Below, piece after piece: positions 12,430-25,900 of a stretch of 64,000 nt of DNA. Position numbers and translations under genes: made by a program. The notes below the pieces were generated by a model. It worked only from the letters and a program-made list of their open reading frames with translations, searched no databases and had not been told where the DNA came from. Within the stretch, counting starts at the first letter, position 1. Each line of letters starts with the position of its first letter. This DNA comes from Lytechinus pictus (Eukaryota): positions 47,308,001 to 47,372,000 of the forward strand of contig NC_087251.1 in NCBI RefSeq assembly GCF_037042905.1, read 5' to 3'.

Positions 12430-15400
12430 ATGGCGTCAGCTAAGAGAAATACAGTCAGAGTTGGCATTTTAACAGGTGAGTTGAATTTCAATTCTTTAAT
12501 CACTTTTTATGATTTGGTTTGGATGAAATCTACTGTTTTCCTGGGCAATTGTCTGCCTATTACGACTTTAGTCCCACATGCTTAAAAATATGTTTGTAAA
12601 TTGTCGCTTGTTGTAAACTGGCGTAGCCTACTCCATATTAGAATTGTATAGATTTGTTTTGGCTGATTGAGGAATTATTTTCCTTGATTTCAATAAGATC
12701 TAGAAATAAGATGGGTCTCCCTAAAGCTAAAACAAAGGAATTATTGATATATTGGAGAGGACCAGGCCCGGGGGGGGGGGGGGGGCTTACCACAACTCGT
12801 GGGGAATGAAAAGAGAGGGCATGGAGCCATGGGGGGGGGGGCAGGCGCGTAGCCAGGGGGGGGCGGTGGGGGCGGTCGCCCCCCCCAAAAAAACGTCCCC
12901 AAAAAGAAAAAAAAAGGAAAAAAAGTGAGGAGAAAAGGAAAAGGGAAGGGAGGAAAGGGAAGAAAGGTAGCTTTGTTGTTTTTTTTTTTATTCTTTATTT
13001 TTTTTCCCAAAAGAGAAACCCCTTCTCTCTTGCTCTAAATTTATATATGAATTTTGCTTCCGCGCTGCGCGCGGTTAAATGACAATATTGAAGTTCTCCA
13101 TTGTTTCCCCCACCCTTTCTCTAAGTCTAACCCTGTTTTTCCACCTCAGCTATATGTGTTTCTTGCCAGTTAAAGTTCAAATGTACACATTAGGGCATGG
13201 AATTTGAGTAAGATTAGGCCGAACTATATGAAGTTATCTTTTTTTATAATTAATCGCGCAACTTCTGGTCGGGTCGGCTCCGGGCGGGTAAAATCTTTAT
13301 ATCAATTTCTGCTGTCACCTCCATAAAGTCAACTTTCCCGCTTTTCAGCTCATTACTAAACAACCATAATTTTGGGGCAAACAGGTTCCTAATTTAAAAA
13401 GAAGAAGGTATAAAATTTGTGTCGTATTAAATAAAAAGTACAATATTTTTATCGAATTCTATTAAACTTCATGTCATTTCCCTGCACATTCATCTCCTGT
13501 CCTGTTTTGCGCCCTCAGTTTGAAATTTTGAATGACACTTGAGTTTCTTTATACACTACTCAAAAAAAGTTAAGGACCACTTTTTAAAACGTACATAAAG
13601 ATTTTATACAAGGTGTTTTATTTCTGGAAATACCTCAGTACAACTGTCCTAAATGTCCTTAAACACGCTGTAATCAATTTCACGCATGGGTGGTTTCAGT
13701 TGTTGCACAATGTCTCTCGCATCACTGCACATCCTGAAAAGTGGGCCCCGAGGGGTATCAGCTACCGACATGAAGTGGTAAAAACGAATGTCTGAGTGTC
13801 TTTCAGGCAGTTCAGTAACGAGTGTGACCACCTCCTGCAGCAATAACGGCTTCACAGCGCTGTCTCATGGAGCTGATGAGGCGATTGATGTCTCTGACGT
13901 CCAGTGCATCCCATGCAGCCTCCAGAGCCACACCCAGCTGCTGCAGTCCAAGTGGATGGGCTTCGAGCTGCTCGAGACTCCTCCCCATCATGTCCCAGAC
14001 GTGCTCTATCGGGTTTAAGTCCGGGGACCTCGCTGGCCACTCCATACGCTCAATCCCCTGGCCCTCAAGGAACTCGGTCACCACCCTAGCTCGGTGGGCA
14101 CGGGCATTGTCATCCATGAAAATGATGTTTTGTCCCACATTTTCTGCAAATGGCACCACTATAGGTTCAAGGACCTCATCCCTGTACCTCACTCCTGTCA
14201 TTGCTCCCCCTGGGACCACGTAGAGACGAGTACGGTTGGCGTAGGTGATGCCTCCCCACACCATGACGCTGCCTCCCCCATAACGGTCATGTTCTGCAAT
14301 ACAGGGGTCTGCAAATCTCTCTCCTGGTCGCCTCCAGACTCTCGAACGTCCATCATTGTGGTCAAGGGAAAATCTGCTCTCATCTGTGAACAGAACTCTA
14401 CGCCATTGCTGTCTGGTCCATCTGACATGCTCCCGGGCCCAGTTGAGACGAATTCTTCTGTGAGCAGGGGTGAGTGGGACACACTGAGCTGGCCGTCTGG
14501 CATGCATATTGGCTCTGTGAAGTCGGTTACGGATTGTTTGAGTGGAAACAATCACTCCAGTTGCTGCAGCGAAGTCATTGTTGAGGCGGCGTGCACTGTG
14601 AAAGCGGTTGCGGAGGCTGAGATTCGTCAAGTAGCGATCATCTCTAGGGGTTGTCGAAACTGGTCGGCCACTGCGGGGTCTCTCGTGTGTGTCCCACTCA
14701 CCCCTGCTCACAGAAGAATTCGTCTCAACTGGGCCCGGGAGCATGTCAGATGGACAGACAGCAATGGCGTAGAGTTCTGTTCACAGATGAGAGCAGATTT
14801 TCCCTTGACCACAATGATGGACGTTCGAGAGTCTGGAGGCGACCAGGAGAGAGATTTGCAGACCCCTGTATTGCAGAACATGACCGTTATGGGGGAGGCA
14901 GCGTCATGGTGTGGGGAGGCATCACCTACGCCAACCGTACTCGTCTCTACGTGGTCCCAGGGGGAGCAATGACAGGAGTGAGGTACAGGGATGAGGTCCT
15001 TGAACCTATAGTGGTGCCATTTGCAGAAAATGTGGGACAAAACATCATTTTCATGGATGACAATGCCCGTGCCCACCGAGCTAGGGTGGTGACCGAGTTC
15101 CTTGAGGGCCAGGGGATTGAGCGTATGGAGTGGCCAGCGAGGTCCCCGGACTTAAACCCGATAGAGCACGTCTGGGACATGATGGGGAGGAGTCTCGAGC
15201 AGCTCGAAGCCCATCCACTTGGACTGCAGCAGCTGGGTGTGGCTCTGGAGGCTGCATGGGATGCACTGGACGTCAGAGACATCAATCGCCTCATCAGCTC
15301 CATGAGACAGCGCTGTGAAGCCGTTATTGCTGCAGGAGGTGGTCACACTCGTTACTGAACTGCCTGAAAGACACTCAGACATTCGTTTTTACCACTTCAT

Positions 15401-16878
15401 GTCGGTAGCTGATACCCCTCGGGGCCCACTTTTCAGGATGTGCAGTGATGCGAGAGACATTGTGCAACAACTGAAACCACCCATGCGTGAAATTGATTAC
15501 AGCGTGTTTAAGGACATTTAGGACAGTTGTACTGAGGTATTTCCAGAAATAAAACACCTTGTATAAAATCTTTATGTACGTTTTAAAAAGTGGTCCTTAA
15601 CTTTTTTTGAGTAGTGTAGTTCAAAATGAAGCGCTTCAGGATAAGTCAAAGAAATTAGGCATCCTTTTTTATATAATTTCAATAAATCACAGAAGTTTCA
15701 ACTTTTTGCGCACAATTTTCCTTTTAATGAAGTTCAATAATCTTATAAAATCAATTGAATTAGAGCCGATGGGGTATTAGAGATATCTGCATGTGATGAA
15801 ACGTCCGCCCTTTGGAATTTCAGAGTTTCATTACTCTGCGCGGGGAGGAATATATTCCTCCCGGCATATACACTTCTTCTCCTCTGTTTTGCGAGTTAAA
15901 GATATGCACTGTCGCTAAATTGTTTGTAATCAAATCTGATCTTTCTAAGGGAAGTATTCAATGTATCTTTGAGAATACCCTTTTCTCGGGGCCCTTTTCA
16001 TGGCAAAAAAATTGATAACACGCTTTAGCTTCCTAGCTTCGCGCGGGTTTATTATTATTTTAATTTTCTCCATTGTATTCCTTTTTTGTACGTTCACAAT
16101 CACTTTTGAAAACAAGGTTCAAAATCACAATATAGTCAACTGAATTGGAGCTGATATAGGTACTAGAGACAAGAGAGACTGCTCCTTTTCATTTTAATTT
16201 ATGAAACACCAAAAGCTTCGCGCGGGAGGGGGAAACTCCCCCTCCCTGCACCCACCCCCTAGGGAGCGCGCTTCGCGCGCTCTGTAAGTGTTGGCACGCT
16301 TTGCGTGCATTTACCGCCCCCTCCAAAATGAAATCCTGGCTACGCGGTTGGGGGGGGGGGGAGAGGGAATGGAAACAAATGGGGAAAACAGAAAGAAATG
16401 AGGGGGAAAAAAACAGAAGGGGAAAAGGGTCGGGAGAGAGTGAAGAAAGGAAGGTAAATATATTTTTCCACTAAAGAATGGAAGATAAAAGGGATTGCTT
16501 CCCCCCACCCCCAAGCAAAAAGAGAAAGAAGGATTTAAGAGAAGGGTAAGGGAAAAGACCTGTTTTAAAAGAGACGGGGTGAAATAATTGGCTGAAAGAG
16601 AAGGGTGTAGGAAGGAATGTCAGTTTTTTTTGTTCATTTTTTTTAATTTTGTATTTAGGAGCCTAAAACTAAGCCCTTGCCTCCTGGCGTACTAACTATA
16701 TAGATAAGAGATAAAAATTGAGAGGTATAGGCAGATCCATGGGACTGACGCTGCTGCAGACGTATTTTTGGTGGCACAAAAAAAAGGAAAAAGAATACAA
16801 AAATGAAGGAAAGAATAAAAAAAGAATAGGAACAAAACCTTGCCTACCTTGAATAATTTTCTGTAGAAAATTGTTCTG

Positions 16879-16909
<31 letters not shown>

Positions 16910-19900
16910 TTTCCATCTTTTTCAGTTGATTACAATGTATATTTTCCTTACAGTATTTTGTTATTTGCAAAAATTTTAATTTGTTATTTTTATGGTCTTG
17001 TTTCAGTAAGCGATACATGCTCAAGAAAGGAAGCTGTTGATAAAAGTGGTCCAAATTTAAAGAAGTTAGCTGAAGATACTAGTGGGTAAGTGATTCTGTG
17101 TATTTTAAATTTCAATGTTAAAATTGTGCTACTAGTTTTTGCGGTGTAGGTAGAACTTATTTATGAAAATGATCTTAAAATTTCTTGAAGTTTTATGATA
17201 TTGTGTATTTTTTTAATATGTCATATGCCGGTAGTTAGAATTTAGTTGTGTAAAATGTTTAATGATGATTGATTTGAGAGACAGTTGGTTTAGTTATTTT
17301 TGGAAACCGCATCAGAATTTAGTTTTTCATTACTTCATGTAATCAGGTAATTCCATGCCAACTAACGGGAACAATAAGAATCCATATTTCATAATAATGA
17401 TTATTAAACTCTATATTCATATCATGCAAATATGTATTCTGGAATATCACCAAGGCACTAAAATCCCATTTAATATTCAAAATAATTTATTACCATGTAT
17501 GAAAAATACACAAATTTGCTTTCAGACCTACAATTTTTTTACTATATTTTTTCTCTTTGATAAAAATTTGCAGTGTAAAACATTATCTCTCTGTGAAGTA
17601 TTCCGTGCATTGAATAATACAAGAATCATGCAGATTAATTAGTATAGCACAGCTAAATAAAACCTAGATTTTCAACAAAATACAATACTGAAGTGTTTCG
17701 TCTTATATGTGAAGCACCACTGACTCAAATGTCTGCATATGGTTATCATTCTTACTCCATTGTCTTGTGGGCGCGTTGTGGTCTAGTGGTTCTGACTCTT
17801 GCCTTTCAAACAGAGGGTTGCTGGTTCGAATCCCAGCCATGGCGTGTTTTCCTTCAGCAAGAAATTTATCCACACTGCTGCACTCGACCCAGGTGAGGTG
17901 AATGGGTACCTGGTAGGAAGAAATTCCTCAAATGCTTGAGCGCCCAATCAAAGTAGCCGTGCTTCAGCCGGGGTACTAATAACATTATCATGTTAATCAG
18001 GGCCCACTGGTAGAACAGTTTCCAGAACTGAAGTGGCTACCCTGGATAAAATATGACATTATTATTATTATTCTGCTTTGTTCCTGTCTGTCTCTTACAG
18101 ACTTGATGGTGTAGTTGTAGCTACAGGAATAGTTCCAGATGAAATTTCAAGTATCAAGGTAAGAATGGCATATGTTGAAGTGAGAACAGAGGTGAAAGGA
18201 GTGTAAATATTAGTTATCACAATCCTCAAAACAACCCAAAAAACCCAAAACTATCAGGTGCAAAGCGGGGCAGGAAAATTATTTGGTGTATTTTCAACTT
18301 ATATTTACTCTAAATAACCATATACTAGTATATGAAACCTTATGATTAAAAGGGGCTAAATTGCAACTTATTAAGGCTATTCTTTTTAAGTTTTACGTTA
18401 CTAGGGCTAAATCACCCTCACCCCCAATGCATTTTTCATTTGATGGTCCTGCAAACTATTAGTCAATTTGCAAAAGTTATTTATTTGTCTTTCTATTTCC
18501 TCATTACAAATTGATAAGATGGCCTTATAATGATTACAGAGAGCCATATCATTTATTCACATGAACATTGTTATAATATTGATAATTCTTTGTTCCAGGG
18601 GTTTTCTTTTAATTTGATAGTTGACTTCATCAATCAATGTTCCGTGATCTTTAGAAAAATGCTTGGCAACCTAGCTATTACTTGGTTTATACTATGAAAA
18701 ATTGAAGCAAAATATTTGTTGTTGTCTTATATGTCACTACTACACATATTTCAAAAACTTGACAGGAGACTTTACTAGAATGGAGTGATGTGAAGGAGCT
18801 AGATCTTATCCTCACTACAGGCGGAACTGGCTTTGCTGATAGAGATGTCACACCAGAGGTAAGATTTATTAGCTCTATCGGAGTATAATCAAATAACCTA
18901 TTTACAATGATTCTATGTACAGTACGTACATGTAGAATATATGAACAACATATAGGGGTATAACAAGAAATTAATGTCTTGATTTGTAATTCAATCATCT
19001 TATGATTATACTAATATTTAGGATAGAAATGAAAAAGGTAATCAAATTAATGATAATGATACTATCAGAAATATTGATAATCATGATACTGTTGGGTGTA
19101 GTGGCCCAGTGGATCAGTCTCTGGACTTTTTTAAACAGATGGTTCAAACCCCAGCCATAGAGCAATTTTTTTCAGCAAGAAATTGATCTATAATTTGCTG
19201 CACTCAACCCAGGTGAGGTAAATGGGTACCCGCAGGAAGTACTTCTCAAAATCTGTGAGCCCAGTAATCGGTAGCCTAGCTTAGCTGGGTTAATATTGGA
19301 GTGCCTTGAGCACCTGACAAGGTGGATATGTGCACTATACAGATACTCTATAACATTATTATTCTACGGATAATGATTACAATTATAATCATAATTTTGA
19401 AAATTGTTATATATTATGGGAATGATATTTCTGCAATTTAGATCAGAGGCCTGTTTGATAAAAACATAAATCCAGCTTGACGACCCCATCTCTATGGAAA
19501 GCCAAGCTTGACAATAATCTACTGTGAACAGAAGTATGCTTTTTACATGCTAATTCCATTTGTCTGCATTTTATCCGCAAATTGTCAAGTAAGGCTTTCC
19601 ATAGAGGTAGCGTTGAGCTAGAGTTAAAGGTAAAAGAGAGTAGTTGCAGCAAACAATTATGTTTCATGAGAAAGTCTTTTAAATCAAGGTTAATTGTCAA
19701 AATATTATCATACATCTAGATCGGTAGATTTATGTAAACTCATCCTTGTAAAATCATGAAATCTTAGCTCAAAATCGATAATTCTGATGATCACTATCAC
19801 AGAAAAGCAAATGTGGAACAGTGTATTACATGTAATATTGCTTTGAAAATACCAATCGTTTGATGGCATTCCGTGTTTATTTTGCTTATATCTCAGCAAA

Positions 19901-22900
19901 ATTATGCATTTTCCTCCAGAGCTATTTGGCACATATTTTTTTTATTTATACATACAAACACTTTGGTGGTAATTTCATTGGATTCTTTTCGAACTCATTT
20001 TGAGATCGTTACTACAACTGGTATTTATCTGTAATACACTTGCAATTACATCACATGTATTTTGTATCTAGCACACACTATGTTTGTATTTTATGTTAGT
20101 TGGAACTGCATTGCTGTCCCGGGGGGGGGGGGGGGGGGGGGGGGGCTAGTCAAATATATTGCTGTACACACGCGTGACCAAAAATAACACGTTTAAAGGG
20201 GTGTTTTTTCAGTTTTGGACGCGGTCAGCACGTGGACTCGTTAAGGGTATAAAAAACACAGATTTTCAATAAAAAGGGTGGTTTTGAAAGACTGGTCAAT
20301 GGTCAATCACGGGGTCAAACGTATTTAGGGTATGTTTTTTTCCCCAGGTTTTTTTTTTAAGACTAGCCAAACGTGTTTAGGGTATGTTTTTTCCCCAAAG
20401 CTTTTTCCCCGATTTTGGCGACAACTTGTTTAGGGGCCAAAATGTGTAAATAAAGCCCGCGAAACACTTGTTTAGGGGGTTATTTTGCACACAGAGAAAA
20501 ACTCATTTAGGGGGTGTTTGGAAATTCCTTGGTCACGCGTGTGTACAGCAATTGACTATATTTGACTGGCCCCCCCGTAATTGCTGTTAACTGAGTATTC
20601 ATTGCCTGATCTGCTTTCCCTGGTTGAATTCTTCTTAAAGAAACAAAGACATCAATAATGATAAGAAGCAGTGATTGATGCAGGTTGTGTCAAATGTTTC
20701 AATTCGCAGAAATAATTTGAAATAACCTGTTGGGGATTAGTTCAGCAAGGCAAACTTCTTTCTCAGGACTAGCAGCCTGACTTTTGTTGATAAATGCCAA
20801 CACTCTTAGTGTAACACAGAGTTTGTCTTTCAGTCTCTCAGTCTCTTCCTGCTCACCTTGGCCCCCAATGTCCGTTTGACGCGCTCTACTGCAGCTGCCC
20901 ACCCCTATACAGTCACTGTCCCAAAGTCAAATACTTCTCTTCACCAATCTTCATATATTCCAAGGACGGCTCGGCTGTGGAATTCACTCTCCTCCAACAC
21001 ATTCCCTTTAGTTCCCAACATCGACAGATTAAAAATAGTGTTAAAATATATTTAAGAAGCTTGATGTAAAACCTTGTACTTTTCTTTAATTATGGTTTAT
21101 TACCTGGCAGTCATTGGCCACTTTTATGATGGCAACATCAGGGGCCCGTTGCATAAAACTATTTACCTGAGAAAACTCAGGTTGTTTTTACCAGAGTTTT
21201 TGCCCTGTGTAAAAGTCAATGGCAGAAATCAGACTAACCTTAGTTTTCAGTTTTTACCAGAGTTTTCTCAGGTAAAAAGTTTTATGCAACAGGCCTCAGG
21301 CCCAAAGAACAATCTAAATATATATATATATATATATATATATTGTTTGATTTTTGTATGCTCACACTGGTAATTACTTTTTCTATGGTTCCTCATCAAT
21401 GATACTCCTCTGCAGGCCACCAAATCCGTGTTGGAGAAAGAAGCACCTGGCCTGGCTATGGTCATGCTCATGGGATCTCTCAAGATAACACCACTAGCTG
21501 TCTTATCAAGGTACCAAAACTCTGCCATTATATCATGACTTGGTGAATCTTTTAACTGATAATATTTGCTCTTTTGTATCTCATATTCTATGAATACAAG
21601 GGATTAATCAATTTTATTCAAAAAACAAACTTACAGTATACAGAGGTACATTACACTACAATAATACATTGTAGAAGTGGTTAGGGACCTTGAAGAAACA
21701 TGAGCTTGTTGGTAGTAGATAAGTAAACAAGGAAGGATTTATTAACGGTTCAAATATTTCAAAGTTATAATATTTAATGTGATTATGTAAATCAACTTGA
21801 AGCACATACAGTCTGATAGAGAAGACTTCAGATTTTCTATCAATAGAAAGACATTTCTGTCATATTAAGAAATATAAATGTTACAGCTTTTCAAATAACG
21901 ATATCAATTTGCTCTTGATTAAATAAAATTGAAAATAGTTTTGTCAGATTAGCAAATAGTGCTAAATTATTTTGTGTTGAAATTTAGGTCTGTTTGTGGA
22001 ATCAGGAAGAAGACGCTGATTGTCAATCTACCAGGCAGTCTTAAAGGTTCACAGGTAGGAACATTAAAAGATGAAGGAAAGGAATAGAGAGAGGTTAGAC
22101 GAGAGAAAAAGAGGGGGGGTGGGAATGTTGAATCAGGAAAGAGACACTGATTTTCAATCTACAGAAGGATGAAGAAAAGGAATAGAGAGAGGTTAGGCAA
22201 GAGAAAAAGAGATTGAGAAGGAGGGGGGGGGGAGTGGGAATGTCGAATCAGGCAAGAGATACTGCTTTTCAATCTACAAAAGGATGGAGAAAAGGAATAG
22301 AGAGAGGTTAGACGAGAGAAAAAGAGATTGAGAGGGGGGTGGGAATATTGAATCAGGAAAGAGACACTGATTTTCAATCTACAAACGGATGGAGAAAAGG
22401 AATAGAGAGAGGTTATACAAGAAAAAAAGAGATTGAGAAGGAGGGGGGGGGGGTGGGAACATCGAATCAGGAAAGAGACACTGATTTTTAATTTACAAAA
22501 AAGGATGGAGGAAAGGAATAGAGAGAGGTTATACGAGAGAAAAAGAGATTGAGAAGGAGGGGGGGAGTGGGAATGTTGAATCAGGAAAGAGACACTGATT
22601 TTCAATCTACAGAAGGATGGAGAAAAGGAATAGAGAGAGGTTAGACGAGAGAAAAGAGCTTGAGAAGGAGGGGGGAGGGTGGGAATGTTGAATCAGGAAA
22701 GAGACACTGATTTTCAATCTACAAAAGGATGGAGAAAAGGAATAGAGAGAGGTTAGACGAGAGAAAAAGAGAGGGATAGAGAGTTTGGAGGAGTGAAGAG
22801 AAGAAAAAAAAGATAGAGTGATGGGAGGCATGAAGCCATTGATAGACTTGGAAAGAAGAAGAGTGAAAATAAGAAGGGGATAATGGGGTGGGGGGGGGGG

Positions 22901-25900
22901 CAAGAGAGGGAAATAGACACAGAACTGTCCGTCTGCAGGTCCCTATGCTAATGAGCAAATAGGCAAGATTCATCCAAATCCTCTCGTGGCCGAATCTTCC
23001 CTGCAAAATATGGCGATTCATGAGATTTTCTTTCTCAACTAATTCACCCCTTTATCTTCAAGTAAAATGAAATATCATAGTATCAAAAGAGAATTTTTAA
23101 ATAAGTTCAAACACATGACCTGAAAGAATGATTCTTCTTCACAATGATACCAGAATCATGAAATTTGATATAGATTTAGAGCAGCAATGGCCGAATAAAA
23201 AGAGTTGTTTTGGTTTTCACCCAGCTCATTAAATGTGCAGAACCTCTCTAGTCATGAATATCACTTGGATGAAAGAAGCTGCTTTTTGAGGACCTGCCTA
23301 CTGTCTTAGAAAGAGGAAGACAGAGTGAAAACAGACACTTAAAGTGATTGGTTAACATTGGTTTGACTTTAAAAAAATCTGAGCTAGAAGGTCACACTTG
23401 TCACCTGTGTCTGTGATATGTTACAAAAATGAAGCCCAGAAAAAATTGCGTTTGAAAATAATTATTTAGTGCTTCAAAAATTGAAATATAAAGTGACTGA
23501 AAACACCATCTTAATTTCATCCCATACACTTATGTGTACTATTTAGGCGTCTATAAGACGCCTATTTACAAAATCGGGGTTTGCCTTGTAGTTTTAGCTT
23601 TTCATTCTCAATAATGGTTGTTTTCAGGGTTTATTAGTTCTAATACATGCACTTGTACACATGTTTCATCTTGGTTTGAAAATTTTTTAAATCGGCTGCT
23701 CACAAGGTTAAACAATACCTTTAAGGATTATGTTGATGGAAATGAAGGGTAATTCCATAAATTAGGGGGCCAATTTGTGACTCTATTCATGTCCCATTAA
23801 CAATTTACAATTTTAGTGTCATATAAGTTATCATTAAATCCCATTGAATTTTAGTTGGCTACCAAATATTGAAGAGTTAGTCCAACATGTTCATTCACTG
23901 TATCAAAGATGAGAGTTCACACTTGTATTATGAAATTTTTTGGAAGGCATGAAGTCTAAAATCAATCAGATTCACCTGAACATCTATATTCTTTCAATCT
24001 CCTGTATGATGATATATATCTTTCCATTTGTGTTTATTTTAGGAGTGGTTTGGCTTTGCCCAGCCTTCTCTTAGCCATGCTATCCAGCTGTTGAAAGGAG
24101 AACGAGCCTGCGTCAAAGCTACTCACAAAGAACTGGCCGATACAGGACCACAGACTATCAACATGGTTTCAGTGAGTATTTTTATAGAAATAATATAGAT
24201 TGGGCACAGAATCGGGATACTGAATCGGTTTATTATGGGTAACACATAAATCATTATATAATAGTAGCAGGTGGAATTGAACAAATGAGAGTTCATATTT
24301 GCACCCTAAGAAAGCTACTAGTAAAGGATTTGCTGCATCAGGACCACGGCCTATCAACGTGACTTCAGTATTTGAGGGAAATAGTTCCAGTAGACAGGGA
24401 TTTGCATTTTATGATCCAACATTAATGTGTCTTTAGCAAACATTTATATATGCACAATAAAAAGCAGTGCAAATGAAATAGGTTTGTGTTCATATTTGCA
24501 CCCATAAACAACCTGGGCAATTACTTTTCAAGTGTTTTTTTTTCTCTTTCCATCATTATATAGAAAGTATATTTAAAACTATAGGTTTTCAACCTTAACC
24601 CAACTGGGGGATCATTTGCCCCCTCCCCTGCACCGCAGTTGTAATTAATGTGCAACAGACCTTTATCGTGACACATTGCTTAAGAATTTAATATAGTACT
24701 ATATTATCTATCCTTGACCTCTGCCCCTACTAACCTTTGTAAACTAAATTTCGCAAATGTTTTGCAAAACATTTGGTATTGATACACCTAATTTGAAGGA
24801 AATGATAGCAAAAAATAGACATACATGCATTTTGTTTGCATAAAGAATACAGGACTCTTAGCTGGCCCCAAAAAATACATAGCAACACTCTTTACACATA
24901 CATTAGTGTTTGTTTGAAGTTAACATTGTGCTTTTTTTTGTCATGGCTGAAATATGAAGGGGGTCTGGTCTGAAAATCCCAATTGAAATAACTAGTGTTA
25001 AAGGTAGCTGAAGGATCAGTATTTTCATTTTGATTTACATTCATTGTGCCTTTATTTTTTCTTACTTCCTAAAGCAACCCGCTCCTTCATATAAAGAGAA
25101 ATTTATATTTTGAAATGTGCAATGCATGGATTTACACTGATTTATAAATTTAGAATACTTTGGTTTTAAAAGCATGTGCTAATGGTCAGTGGTATTGATG
25201 GTTTTGAAGAGGAATGCATGGACCCATATTTTTGAAAATTTGCTTTGAAGCATTGCTTCCTTATGATATTATTGATGTGATAAATAAAGACAATGAAAAT
25301 TATATCTTTTCTGTCAAATGATGATTAATGGCAATCAAATGCCTAACACCATTGGGGTGACATTTCATTTTATAAGACGCTTCAAAACTATTTGAATACA
25401 AGACAATAAATAATATACGACCAGTGCAAATCATGTATTGAATTTTAACTTACACTTTTGTATTCATTCAGTATTCCCTCTATTGTTTTTGAGGTGAAAT
25501 ACAATATTTGAATTTCTTTTTAAAAACCTTGTCATGAATATCAAATGCTTGAAGTTTATGGCAAATTTTGCTCTTGACTATTAAAAAAGCACCATTTCAG
25601 AAGCGTTTATCAGTGGCTTACAAAACCCCAAAAGTGAAAGGAAGTTTTGTGACCGAGGGCACTGGAAATATTGGGTAGAATTCTTAAAGGTGGTTTAAGT
25701 ATTTATCTTATGATTCCGGATACAGAATGTGTGTGTTTGGTAAAATAAGATGGATTTGCGTTTGTCGTCATGGTTTAGACTGTGGACCAATGCCGGTTTT
25801 GGGAAATTAATTTTGCCTAAACCTGCATTAATCCCAGGTTTGAATTTTAACCACATTTGTGTGTTCCATAGTGATTAAGCTTCTTCTAGCATGATTGGAT

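Noticed and set aside
13812..14744. Full-length functional transposase of 310 aa
   Set aside because: Its first ~18 residues come from the inverted arm across the junction, and the N-terminal paired-like DNA-binding subdomain is missing.
13613..15557. Many overlapping ORFs such as 14094-14972(+), 13867-14223(+) and 14708-15076(-)
   Set aside because: They are antisense or alternate-frame shadows of the Tc1 transposase, mirrored by the palindrome.
22070..22775. CRISPR-like repeat-spacer array
   Set aside because: The 'spacers' are themselves near-identical, the DNA is eukaryotic, and there are no cas genes. It is a minisatellite.
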